The notes beneath the pieces were generated by a model. That model did not search any database, was not told the origin of the DNA, and was given only the letters and a program-made list of their open reading frames with translations. 64,000 nucleotides of DNA from Eledone cirrhosa (taxonomy: Eukaryota), in NCBI GenBank assembly GCA_964016885.1, contig OZ024742.1:373612001-373676000 (forward strand), read 5' to 3'. Shown piece after piece: positions 31,100 through 45,800 of the stretch. Made by a program: the position numbers and the translations under genes. The stretch's first letter is position 1. The number at the start of each line of letters is the position of its first letter.

Positions 31100-34000
31100 T
31101 GATTCTAATAACCAGTATATAGAGATGGTATAGTAATTCTAATAACAGTATATAGAGATGGTATAGTGATTCTAATAACCAGTATATAGAGATGGTATAG
31201 TGATTCTAATAACCAGTATATAGAGATGGTATACTGATTCTAATAACCAGTATATAGAGATGGTATAGTGATTCTAATAACCAGTATATAGAAATGGTAT
31301 AGTGATTCTAATAACAGTATATAGAGATGGTATAGTGATTCTAATAACCAGTATATAGAGATGGTATAGTAATTCTAATAACAGTATATAGAGATGGTAT
31401 AGTGATTCTAATAACCAGTATATAGAGATGGTATAGTGATTCTAATAACCAGTATATAGAGATGGTATAGTGATTCTAATAACCAGTATATAGAGATGGT
31501 ATAGTGATTCTAATAACCAGTATATAGAGATGGTATACTGATTCTAATAACCAGTATATAGAGATGGTATAGTGATTCTAATAACAGTATATAGAGATGG
31601 TATAGTGATTCTAATAACCAGTATATAGGGATGGTATAGTGATTCTAATAACCAGTATATAGAGATGGTATAGTGATTCTAATAACCAGTATATAGAGAT
31701 GGTATAGTGATTCTAATAACCAGTATTTAGAGATCGTATAGTGATTCTAATAACCAGTATATAGGGATGGTATAGTGATTCTAATAACCAGTATATAGGG
31801 ATGGTATAGTGATTCTAATAACCAGTATATAAAGAAGGTATAGTGATTCTAATAACCAGTATATAGAGATGGTATAGTGATTCTAATAACCAGTATATAG
31901 AGATGGTATAGTGATTCTAATAACCAGTATATAGAGATGGTATACTGATTCTAATAACCAGTATATAGAGATGGTATAGTGATTCTAATAACAGTATATA
32001 GAGATGGTATAGTGATTCTAATAACCAGTATATAGGGATGGTATAGTGATTCTAATAACCAGTATATAGAGATGGTATAGTGATTCTAATAACCAGTATT
32101 TAGAGATCGTATAGTGATTCTAATAACCAGTATATAGGGATGGTATAGTGATTCTAATAACCAGTATATAGGGATGGTATAGTGATTCTAATAACCAGTA
32201 TATAAAGAAGGTATAGTGATTCTAATAACCAGTATATAGAGATGGTATAGTGATTCTAATAAACAGTATAGAGAGATGGTATAGTGATTCTAATAATAAG
32301 TATAGAGAGATGGTATAGTGATTCTAATAACCAGTATATAGAGATGGTATAGTGATTCTAATAACCAGTATATAGGGATGGTATAGTGATTCTAATAACC
32401 AGTATTTAGAGATCGTATAGTGATTCTATAAGCAGTATAGAGAGATGGTATAGTGATTCTAATAACCAGTATAGAGAGATGGTATAGTGATTCTAATAAC
32501 CAGTATATAGAGATGGTATAGTGATTCTAATAAACAGTATAGAGAGATGGTATAGTGATTCTAATAATAAGTATAGAGAGATGGTATAGTGATTCTAATA
32601 ACCAGTATATAAAGATTGTATAGTGATTCTAATAACCACTATATAGAGATGGTATAGTGATTCTAATAACCAGTATATAGAGGTGGTATAGTGATTCTAA
32701 TAACCAGTATATAGAGATGGTATAGTGATTCTAATAACCAGTATAGAGAGATGGTATAGTGACTCTAATAACCAGTATATAGAGATGGTATAGTGATTCT
32801 AATAACCAGTATATAGAGTTGGTATAGTGATTCTAATAACCAGTATATAGAGATGGTATAGTGATTCTAATAACCAGTATATAAAGATGGTACAGTGATT
32901 CTATAACCAGTATATAGAGATGGTATAGTGATTCTAATGACCAGTATATAGAGATGGTATAGTGATTCTAATAACCAGTATATAAAGATGGTACAGTAAT
33001 TATAATAACCAGTATATAGAGATCGTATAGTGATTCTAATAACCAGTATATAGAGATGGTACAGTGATTCTAATAACCAGTATATAGAAATGGTATAGTG
33101 ATTCTAATAACAGTATATAGAGATGGTATAGTGATTCTAATAACCAGTATATAGAGATGGTATAGTAATTCTAATAACAGTATATAGAGATGGTATAGTG
33201 ATTCTAATAACCAGTATATAGAGATGGTATAGTGATTCTAATAACCAGTATATAGAGATGGTATACTGATTCTAATAACCAGTATATAGAGATGGTATAG
33301 TGATTCTAATAACCAGTATATAGAAATGGTATAGTGATTCTAATAACAGTATATAGAGATGGTATAGTGATTCTAATAACCAGTATATAGAGATGGTATA
33401 GTAATTCTAATAACAGTATATAGAGATGGTATAGTGATTCTAATAACCAGTATATAGAGATGGTATAGTGATTCTAATAACCAGTATATAGAGATGGTAT
33501 AGTGATTCTAATAACCAGTATATAGAGATGGTATAGTGATTCTAATAACCAGTATATAGAGATGGTATACTGATTCTAATAACCAGTATATAGAGATGGT
33601 ATAGTGATTCTAATAACAGTATATAGAGATGGTATAGTGATTCTAATAACCAGTATATAGGGATGGTATAGTGATTCTAATAACCAGTATATAGAGATGG
33701 TATAGTGATTCTAATAACCAGTATATAGAGATGGTATAGTGATTCTAATAACCAGTATTTAGAGATCGTATAGTGATTCTAATAACCAGTATATAGGGAT
33801 GGTATAGTGATTCTAATAACCAGTATATAGGGATGGTATAGTGATTCTAATAACCAGTATATAAAGAAGGTATAGTGATTCTAATAACCAGTATATAGAG
33901 ATGGTATAGTGATTCTAATAACCAGTATATAGAGATGGTATAGTGATTCTAATAACCAGTATATAGAGATGGTATACTGATTCTAATAACCAGTATATAG

Positions 34001-35110
34001 AGATGGTATAGTGATTCTAATAACAGTATATAGAGATGGTATAGTGATTCTAATAACCAGTATATAGGGATGGTATAGTGATTCTAATAACCAGTATATA
34101 GAGATGGTATAGTGAATCTAATAACCAGTATTTAGAGATCGTATAGTGATTCTAATAACCAGTATATAGGGATGGTATAGTGATTCTAATAACCAGTATA
34201 TAGGGATGGTATAGTGATTCTAATAACCAGTATATAAAGAAGGTATAGTGATTCTAATAACCAGTATATAGAGATGGTATAGTGATTCTAATAAACAGTA
34301 TAGAGAGATGGTATAGTGATTCTAATAATAAGTATAGAGAGATGGTATAGTGATTCTAATAACCAGTATATAGAGATGGTATAGTGATTCTAATAACCAG
34401 TATATAGGGATGGTATAGTGATTCTAATAACCAGTATTTAGAGATCGTATAGTGATTCTATAAGCAGTATAGAGAGATGGTATAGTGATTCTAATAACCA
34501 GTATAGAGAGATGGTATAGTGATTCTAATAACCAGTATATAGAGATGGTATAGTGATTCTAATAAACAGTATAGAGAGATGGTATAGTGATTCTAATAAT
34601 AAGTATAGAGAGATGGTATAGTGATTCTAATAACCAGTATATAAAGATTGTATAGTGATTCTAATAACCACTATATAGAGATGGTATAGTGATTCTAATA
34701 ACCAGTATATAGAGGTGGTATAGTGATTCTAATAACCAGTATATAGAGATGGTATAGTGATTCTAATAACCAGTATAGAGAGATGGTATAATGACTCTAA
34801 TAACCAGTATATAGAGATGGTATAGTGATTCTAATAACCAGTATATAGAGATGGTATAGTGATTCTAATAACCAGTATATAGAGATGGTATAGTGATTCT
34901 AATAACCAGTATATAAAGATGGTACAGTGATTCTATAACCAGTATATAGAGATGGTATAGTGATTCTAATGACCAGTATATAGAGATGGTATAGTGATTC
35001 TAATAACCAGTATATAAAGATGGTACAGTAATTATAATAACCAGTATATAGAGATCGTATAGTGATTCTAATAACCAGTATATAGAGATGGTACAGTGAT
35101 TCTAATAACC
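31100..35110. repeat. 2032-bp (60-monomer) near-identical tandem duplication
   Basis: TAGTAATT 31134/33166, CTATAAGCAG 32432/34464 and TATAAT 33001/35033 all give offset 2032. Confidence 0.88.
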
Positions 35111-38100
35111 AGTATATAGAGATGGTATAGTGATTCTAATAACCAGTATATAGAGATGGTACAGTGATTCTAATAACCAGTATATAGAGATGGTATAGTG
35201 ATTCTAATAACCAGTATATAGAGATGGTACAGTGATTCTAATAACCAGTATATAGAGATGGTATAGGGATTCTAAAAACCAGTATATAGAGATGGTATAG
35301 TGATTCTAATAACCAGTATATAGGGATGGTAGAGGGATTCTAATAACCAGTATATAGAGATCGTATAGTGATTCTAATAACCAGTATATAGAGATGGTAT
35401 AGTGATTCTAATAACCAGTATTTAGAGATCGTATAGTGATTCTAATAACCAGTATATATAGTTGGTACAGTGATTCTAATAACCAGTATATAGAGATGGT
35501 AGAGGGATTCTAATAACCAGTATAGAGAGATGGTATAGTGATTCTAATAACCATTATATAGAGATGGTATAGTGATTCTAATAACCAGTATATAGGGATT
35601 GTATAGTGATTCTAATAACCAGTATATAGAGAAGGTATAGTGACTCTAATAACCAGTATATAGAGATGGTATAGTGATTCTAATAACCAGTATATATAGT
35701 TGGTACAGTGATTCTAATAACCAGTATATTGAGATGGTACAGTGATTCTAATAACAGTATGTAGAGATGGTATAGTGATTCTAATAACCAGTATATAGAG
35801 ATGCTATAGTGATTCTAATAACCAGTATATAGAGTTGGTACAGTGATTCTAATAACCAGTATATAAAGATGGTACTGTAATTCTAATAACCAGTATATAG
35901 AGATCGTATAGTGATTCTAATAACCAGTATATAGAGATGGTATTGTGATTCTAATAACCAGTATATAGAGAAGGTATAGTGATTCTAATAACCATTATAT
36001 AGAGATGGTACAGTGATTCTAATAACCAGTATATAAAGATGGTACAGTGATTCTAATAACCAGTATATAGAGATGGTATAGTGATTCTAATAACCAGTAT
36101 ATACAGAGATGGTATAGTGATTCTAATAACCAGTATATAGAGATCGTATAGTGATTCTAATAACCAGTATATAGAGATGATATAGTGATTCTAATAACCA
36201 GTATATTGAGATGGTACAGTGATTCTAATAACAGTATGTAGAGATGGTATAGTGATTCTAATAACCAGTATATAGAGATGCTATAGTGATTCTAATAACC
36301 AGTATATAGAGTTGGTACAGTGATTCTAATAACAGTATATAGAGATGGTAGTGTGATTCTAATAACCAGTATATAGAGAAGGTATAGTGATTCTAATAAC
36401 CATTATATAGAGATGGTACAGTGATTCTAATAACCAGTATATAGAGATGGTATAGTGATTCTAATAACCAGTATATACAGAGATGGTATAGTGATTCTAA
36501 TAACCAGTATATAGAGATCGTATAGTGATTCTAATAACCACTATATTGAGATGGTATAGTGATTCTAATAACCAGTATATAGAGATGGTATAGTGATTCT
36601 AATAACCAGTATATAGGGATGGTATAGTGATTCTAATAACCATTATATAGAGATGGTACAGTGATTCTAATAACCAGTATATAAAGATGGTACAGTGATT
36701 CTAATAACCAGTATATAGAGATGATATAGTGATTCTAATAACCAGTATATAGAGATGGTATAGTGATTCTAATAACCAGTATATACAGAGATGGTATAGT
36801 GATTCTAATAACCAGTATATAGAGATTGTATAGTGATTCTAATAACCAGTATATAGAGATGGTATAGTGATTCTAATAACCAGTATATAGAGATGGTATA
36901 GTGATTCTAATAACCAGTATATAGAGATGGTATAGTGATTCTAATAACCAGTATATACAGAGGTGGTATAGTGATTCTAATAACCAGTATATAGAGATTG
37001 TATAGTGATTCTAATAACCAGTATATAGAGATGGTATAGTGATTCTAATAACCAGTATATAGAGATGGTATAGTGATTCTAATAACCAGTATATAGAGAT
37101 GGTATAGTGATTCTAATAACCAGTATATAGAGGTGGTATAGTGATTCTAATAACCAGTATATAGAGATTGTATAGTGATTCTAATAACCAGTATATAGAG
37201 ATGGTATAGTGATTCTAATAACCAGTATATAGAGATGGTATAGTGATTCTAATAACCAGTATATAGAGATGGTACAGTGATTCTAATAACCAGTATATAG
37301 AGATCGTATAGTGATTCTAATAACCAGTATACAGAGAAGGTATAGTGATTCTAATAAACAGTATAGAGAGATGGTATAGTGATTCTAATAATAAGTATAG
37401 AGAGATAGTATAGTGATTCTAATAACCAGTATATAGAGATGGTATAGTGATTCTAATAACCAGTATATAGGGATGGTATAGTGATTCTAATAACCAGTAT
37501 TTAGAGATCGTATAGTGATTCTATAACCAGTATAGAGAGATGGTATACTGATTCTAATAACCAGTATAGAGAGATGGTATAGTGATTCTAATAACCAGTA
37601 TATAGAGATGGTATAGTGATTCTAACAACCAGTATATAGAGATGGTATAGTGATTCTAATAACAGTATAGAGAGATGGTATAGTGATTCTAATAATAAGT
37701 ATAGAGAGATGGTATAGTGATTCTAATAACCAGTATATAGAGATGGTATAGTGATTCTAATAACCAGTATATAGAGATGCTATAGTGATTCTAATAACAG
37801 TATATAGAGATGGTATAGTGATTCTAATAACCAGTATATAGAGATGGTATAGTGATTCCAATAACCAGTATATAGGGATCGGATAGTGATTCTAATAACA
37901 GTATATAGAGATGGTATAGTGATTCTAATAACCAGTATATAGGGATCGTATAGTGATTCTAATAACCAGTATATAGAGATGGTATAGTGACTCTAATAAC
38001 CAGTATATAGGGATCGTATAGTGATTCTAATAACCAGTATATAGAGATGGTATAGTGATTCTAATAACCAGTATATAGAGATGGTATAGTGATTCTAATA

Positions 38101-39899
38101 ACCAGTGTATAGAGATGGTATAGTGATTCTAATAACCAGTATATAGAGATGGTATAGTGATTCTAATAACAGTATATAGAGATGGCATGTTGATTCTAAT
38201 AACCAGTATATAGAGATGGTATAGTGATTCTAATAACCAGTATATAGAAATGGTATAGTGATTCTAATAACAGTATATAGAGATGGTATAGTAATTCTAA
38301 TAACAGTATATAGAGATGGTATAGTGATTCTAATAACCAGTATATAGAGATGGTATAGTGATTCTAATAACCAGTATATAGAGATGGTATAGTGATTCTA
38401 ATAACCAGTATATAGAGATGGTATAGTGATTCTAATAACCAGTATTTAGAGATCGTATAGTGATTCTAATAACCAGTATATAGGGATGGTATAGTGATTC
38501 TAATAACCAGTATATAGGGATGGTATAGTGATTCTAATAACCAGTATATAAAGAAGGTATAGTGATTCTAATAACCAGTATATAGAGATGGTATAGTGAT
38601 TCTAATAACCAGTATATAGAGATGGTATAGTGATTCTAATAACCAGTATATAGAGATGGTATACTGATTCTAATAACCAGTATATAGAGATGGTATAGTG
38701 ATTCTAATAACAGTATATAGAGATGGTATAGTGATTCTAATAAGCAGTATATAGGGATGGTATAGTGATTCTAATAACCAGTATATAGAGATGGTATAGT
38801 GATTCTAATAACCAGTATTTAGAGATCGTATAGTGATTCTAATAACCAGTATATAGGGATGGTATAGTGATTCTAATAACCAGTATATAGGGATGGTATA
38901 GTGATTCTAATAACCAGTATATAAAGAAGGTATAGTGATTCTAATAACCAGTATATAGAGATGGTATAGTGATTCTAATAAACAGTATAGAGAGATGGTA
39001 TAGTGATTCTAATAATAAGTATAGAGAGATGGTATAGTGATTCTAATAACCAGTATATAGAGATGGTATAGTGATTCTAATAACCAGTATATAGGGATGG
39101 TATAGTGATTCTAATAACCAGTATTTAGAGATCGTATAGTGATTCTATAAGCAGTATAGAGAGATGGTATAGTGATTCTAATAACCAGTATAGAGAGATG
39201 GTATAGTGATTCTAATAACCAGTATATAGAGATGGTATAGTGATTCTAATAAACAGTATAGAGAGATGGTATAGTGATTCTAATAATAAGTATAGAGAGA
39301 TGGTATAGTGATTCTAATAACCAGTATATAAAGATTGTATAGTGATTCTAATAACCACTATATAGAGATGGTATAGTGATTCTAATAACCAGTATATAGA
39401 GGTGGTATAGTGATTCTAATAACCAGTATATAGAGATGGTATAGTGATTCTAATAACCAGTATAGAGAGATGGTATAGTGACTCTAATAACCAGTATATA
39501 GAGATGGTATAGTGATTCTAATAACCAGTATATAGAGATGGTATAGTGATTCTAATAACCAGTATATAGAGATGGTATAGTGATTCTAATAACCAGTATA
39601 TAAAGATGGTACAGTGATTCTATAACCAGTATATAGAGATGGTATAGTGATTCTAATGACCAGTATATAGAGATGGTATAGTGATTCTAATAACCAGTAT
39701 ATAAAGATGGTACAGTAATTATAATAACCAGTATATAGAGATCGTATAGTGATTCTAATAACCAGTATATAGAGATGGTACAGTGATTCTAATAACCAGT
39801 ATATAGAGATGGTATAGTGATTCTAATAACCAGTATATAGAGATGGTACAGTGATTCTAATAACCAGTATATAGAGATGGTATAGTGATTCTAATAACC

Positions 39900-42800
39900 A
39901 GTATATAGAGATGGTACAGTGATTCTAATAACCAGTATATAGAGATGGTATAGGGATTCTAAAAACCAGTATATAGAGATGGTATAGTGATTCTAATAAC
40001 CAGTATATAGGGATGGTAGAGGGATTCTAATAACCAGTATATAGAGATGGTATAGTGATTCTAATAACCAGTATATAGAGATGGTATAGTGATTCTAATA
40101 ACCAGTATTTAGAGATCGTATAGTGATTCTAATAACCAGTATATATAGTTGGTACAGTGATTCTAATAACCAGTATATAGAGATGGTAGAGGGATTCTAA
40201 TAACCAGTATAGAGAGATGGTATAGTGATTCTAATAACCATTATATAGAGATGGTATAGTGATTCTAATAACCAGTATATAGGGATTGTATAGTGATTCT
40301 AATAACCAGTATATAGAGAAGGTATAGTGACTCTAATAACCAGTATATAGAGATGGTATAGTGATTCTAATAACCAGTATATATAGTTGGTACAGTGATT
40401 CTAATAACCAGTATATTGAGATGCTATAGTGATTCTAATAACCAGTATATAGAGTTGGTACAGTGATTCTAATAACCAGTATATTGAGATGGTACAGTGA
40501 TTCTAATAACAGTATGTAGAGATGGTATAGTGATTCTAATAACCAGTATATAGAGATGCTATAGTGATTCTAATAACCAGTATATAGAGTTGGTACAGTG
40601 ATTCTAATAACCAGTATATTGAGATGGTACAGTGATTCTAATAACAGTATGTAGAGATGGTATAGTGATTCTAATAACCAGTATAGAGAGATGGTATAGT
40701 GATTCTAATAACCAGTATATAGGGGTGGTACAGTGATTCTAATAACCAGTATATAAAGATGGTACTGTAATTCTAATAACCAGTATATAGAGATCGTATA
40801 GTGATTCTAATAACCAGTATATAAAGATGGTATTGTGATTCTAATAACCAGTATATAGAGATGGTATAGTGATTCTAATAACCAGTATATAGAGATGGTA
40901 TTGTGATTCTAATAACCAGTATATAGAGATGGTATAGTGATTCTAATAACCAGTATATAGAGATGGTATTGTGATTCTAATAACCAGTATATAGAGGTGG
41001 TATAGTGATTCTAATAACCTGTATATAGAGAAGGTATAGTGATTCTAATAACCATTATATAGAGATGGTACAGTGATTCTAATAACCAGTATATAAAGAT
41101 GGTACAGTGATTCTAATAACCAGTATATACAGAGATGGTATAGTGATTCTAATAACCAGTATATAGAGATCGTATAGTGATTCTAATAACCACTATATAG
41201 AGATGGTATAGTGATTCTAATAACCAGTATATAGAGATGGTATAGTGATTCTAATAACCGGTATATAGGGATGGTATAGTGATTCTAATAACCATTATAT
41301 AGAGATGGTACAGTGATTCTAATAACCAGTATATAAAGATGGTACAGTGATTCTAATAACCAGTATATAGAGATGATATAGTGATTCTAATAACCAGTAT
41401 ATAGAGATGGTATAGTGATTCTAATAACCAGTATATACAGAGATGGTATAGTGATTCTAATAACCAGTATATAGAGATGGTATAGTGATTCTAATAACCA
41501 GTATATAGAGATGGTACAGTGATTCTAATAACCAGTATATAGAGATGGTATAGTGATTCTAATAACCAGTATATAGAGATGGTACAGTGATTCTAATAAC
41601 CAGTATATAGAGATGGTATAGTGATTCTAATAACCAGTATATAGAGATGGTATAGTGATTCTAATAACCAGTATATAGGGATGGTAGAGGGATTCTAATA
41701 ACCAGTATATAGAGATGGTATAGTGATTCTAATAACCAGTATATAGAGATGGTATAGTGATTCTAATAACCAGTATTTAGAGATCGTATAGTGATTCTAA
41801 TAACCAGTATATATAGTTGGTACAGTGATTCTAATAACCAGTATATAGAGATGGTACAGTGATTCTAATAACCAGTATATAGAGATGGTAGAGGGATTCT
41901 AATAACCAGTATAGAGAGATGGTATAGTGATTCTAATAACCATTATATAGACATGGTATAGTGATTCTAATAACCAGTATATAGGGATTGTATAGTGATT
42001 CTAATAACCAGTATATAGAGAAGGTATAGTGACTCTAATAACCAGTATATAGAGATGGTATAGTGATTCTAATAACCAGTATATATAGTTGGTACAGTGA
42101 TTCTAATAACCAGTATATTGAGATGGTACAGTGATTCTAATAACAGTATGTAGAGATGGTATAGTGATTCTAATAACCAGTATATAGAGATGCTATAGTG
42201 ATTCTAATAACCAGTATATAGAGTTGGTACAGTGATTCTAATAACAGTATATAGAGATGGTATAGTGATTCTAATAACCAGTATATAGAGAAGGTATAGT
42301 GATTCTAATAACCATTATATAGAGATGGTACAGTGATTCTAATAACCAGTATATAGAGATGGTATAGTGATTCTAAAAACCAGTATATAGAGATGGTATA
42401 GTGATTCTAAAAACCAGTATATACAGAGATGGTATAGTGATTCTAATAACCAGTATATAGAGATGGTATAGTGATTCTAATAACCACTATATAGAGATGG
42501 TATAGTGATTCTAAAAACCAGTATAGACAGAGATGGTATAGTGATTCTAATAACCAGTATATAGAGATCGTATAGTGATTCTAATAACCACTATATAGAG
42601 ATGGTATAGTGATTCTAATAACCAGTATATAGAGATGATATAGTGATTCTAATAACCAGTATATAGGGATGGTATAGTGATTCTAATAACCATTATATAG
42701 AGATGGTACAGTGATTCTAATAACCAGTATATAAAGATGGTACAGTGATTCTAATAACCAGTATATAGAGATGGTATAGTGATTCTAATAACCAGTATAT

Positions 42801-45800
42801 AGAGATGGTATAGTGATTCTAATAACCAGTATATACAGAGATGGTATAGTGATTCTAATAACCAGTATATAGAGATTGTATAGTGATTCTAATAACCACT
42901 ATATAGAGATGGTATAGTGATTCTAATAACCAGTATATAGAGATGATATAGTGATTCTAATAACCAGTATATAGAGATGGTATAGTGATTCTAATAACCA
43001 GTATATACAGAGATGGTATAGTGATTCTAATAACCAGTATATAGAGATTGTATAGTGATTCTAATAACCATTATATAGAGATGGTATAGTGATTCTAATA
43101 ACCAGTATATAGAGATGATATAGTGATTCTAATAACCAGTATATAGAGATGGTATAGTGATTCTAATAACCAGTATATAGAGATGGTTCAGTGATTCTAA
43201 TAACCAGTATATAGAGATGGTATAGTGTTTCTAATAACCAGTATATAGAGATGGTACAGTGATTCTAATAACCAGTATATAGAGATGGTATAGGGATTCT
43301 AAAAACCAGTATATAGAGATGGTATAGTGATTCTAATAACCAGTATATAGGGATGGTAGAGGGATTCTAATAACCAGTATTTAGAGATCGTATAGTGATT
43401 CTAATAACCAGTATATATAGTTGGAACAGTGATTCTAATAACCAGTATATAGAGATGGTACAGTAATTCTAATAACCAGTATATAGAGATGGTAGAGGGA
43501 TTCTAATAACCAGTATAGAGAGATGGTATAGTGATTCTAATAACCAGTATATATAGTTGGTACAGTGATTCTAATAACCATTATATAGAGATGGTATAGT
43601 GATTCTAATAACCAGTATATAGGGATTGTATAGTGATTCTAATAACCAGTATATAGAGAAGGTATTGTGACTCTAATAACCAGTATATAGAGATGGTATA
43701 GTGATTCTAAAAACCAGTATATATAGTTGGTACAGTGATTCTAATAACCAGTATATTGAGATGGTACAGTGATTCTAATAACAGTATGTAGAGATGGTAT
43801 AGTGATTCTAATAACCAGTATATAGAGATGCTATAGTGATTCTAATAACCAGTATATAGAGTTGGTACAGTGATTCTAATAACCAGTATATTGAGATGGT
43901 ACAGTGATTCTAATAACAGTATGTAGAGATGGTATAGTGATTCTAATAACCAGTATAGAGAGATGGTATAGTGATTCTAATAACCAGTATATAGGGATGG
44001 TACAGTGATTCTAATAACCAGTATATAAAGATGGTACTGTAATTCTAATAACCAGTATATAGAGATCGTATAGTGATTCTAATAACCAGTATATAGAGAT
44101 GGTATTGTGATTCTAATAACCAGTATATAGAGATGGTATAGTGATTCTAATAACCAGTATATAGAGATGGTATAGTGATTCTAATAACCAGTATATAGAG
44201 AAGGTATAGTGATTCTAATAACCATTATATAGAGATGGTACAGTGATTATAATAACCAGTATATAAAGATGGTACAGTGATTCTAATAACCAGTATATAG
44301 AGATGGTATAATGATTCTAATAACCAGTATATACAGAGATGGTATAGTGATTCTAATAACCAGTATATAGAGATCGTATAGTGATTCTAATAACCACTAT
44401 ATAGAGATGGTATAGTGATTCTAATAACCAGTATATAGAGATGGTATAGTGATTCTAATAACCAGTATATAGGGATGGTATAGTGATTCTAATAACCATT
44501 ATATAGAGATGGTACAGTGATTCTAATAACCAGTATATAAAGATGGTACAGTGATTCTAATAACCAGTATATAGAGATGATATAGTGATTCTAATAACCA
44601 GTATATAGAGATGGTATAGTGATTCTAATAACCAGTATATACAGAGATGGTATAGTGATTCTAATAACCAGTATATAGAGATTGTATAGTGATTCTAATA
44701 ACCACTATATAGAGATGGTATAGTGATTCTAATAACCAGTATATAGAGATGATATAGTGATTCTAATAACCAGTATATAGAGATGGTATAGTGATTCTAA
44801 TAACCAGTATATACAGAGATGGTATAGTGATTCTAATAACCAGTATATAGAGATTGTATAGTGATTCTAATAACCAGTATATAGAGATGGTATAGTGATT
44901 CTAATAACCAGTATATAGAGATGGTATAGTGATTCTAATAACCAGTATATAGAGATGGTATAGTGATTCTACTAACCAGTATATAGAGGTGGTATAGTGA
45001 TTCTAATAACCAGTATATAGAGATTGTATAGTGATTCTAATAACCAGTATATAGAGATGGTATAGTGATTCTAATAAACAGTATAGAGAGATGGTATAGT
45101 GATTCTAATAATAAGTATAGAGAGATAGTATAGTGATTCTAATAACCAGTATATAGAGATGGTATAGTGATTCTAATAACCAGTATATAGGGATGGTATA
45201 GTGATTCTAATAACCAGTATTTAGAGATCGTATAGTGATTCTATAACCAGTATAGAGAGATGGTATAGTGATTCTAATAACCAGTATAGAGAGATGGTAT
45301 AGTGATTCTAATAACCAGTATATAGAGATGGTATAGTGATTCTAACAACCAGTATATAGAGATGGTATAGTGATTCTAATAACAGTATAGAGAGATGGTA
45401 TAGTGATTCTAATAATAAGTATAGAGAGATGGTATAGTGATTTTAATAACCAGTATATAGAGATGGTATAGTGATTCTAATAACCAGTATATAGAGATGC
45501 TATAGTGATTCTAATAACAGTATATAGAGATGGTATAGTGATTCTAATAACCAGTATATAGAGATGGTAGAGTGATTCCAATAACCAGTATATAGAGATG
45601 GTATAGTGATTCTAATAACCAGTATATAGAGATGGTATAGTGATTCTAATAACAGTATATAGAGATGGTATAGTGATTCTAATAACCAGTATATAGAGAT
45701 GGTATAGTGATTCAAATAACCAGTATATAGGGATCGGATAGTGATTCTAATAACAGTATATAGAGATGGTATAGTGATTCTAATAACCAGTATATAGGGA

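Noticed and set aside
45500-45715. 71-aa minus-strand ORF
   Set aside because: It is the translation of the satellite. It is open only because a TTCCAAT variant (TAG to TGG) and 33-bp units skip the single stop. The start is a TTG created by a variant.
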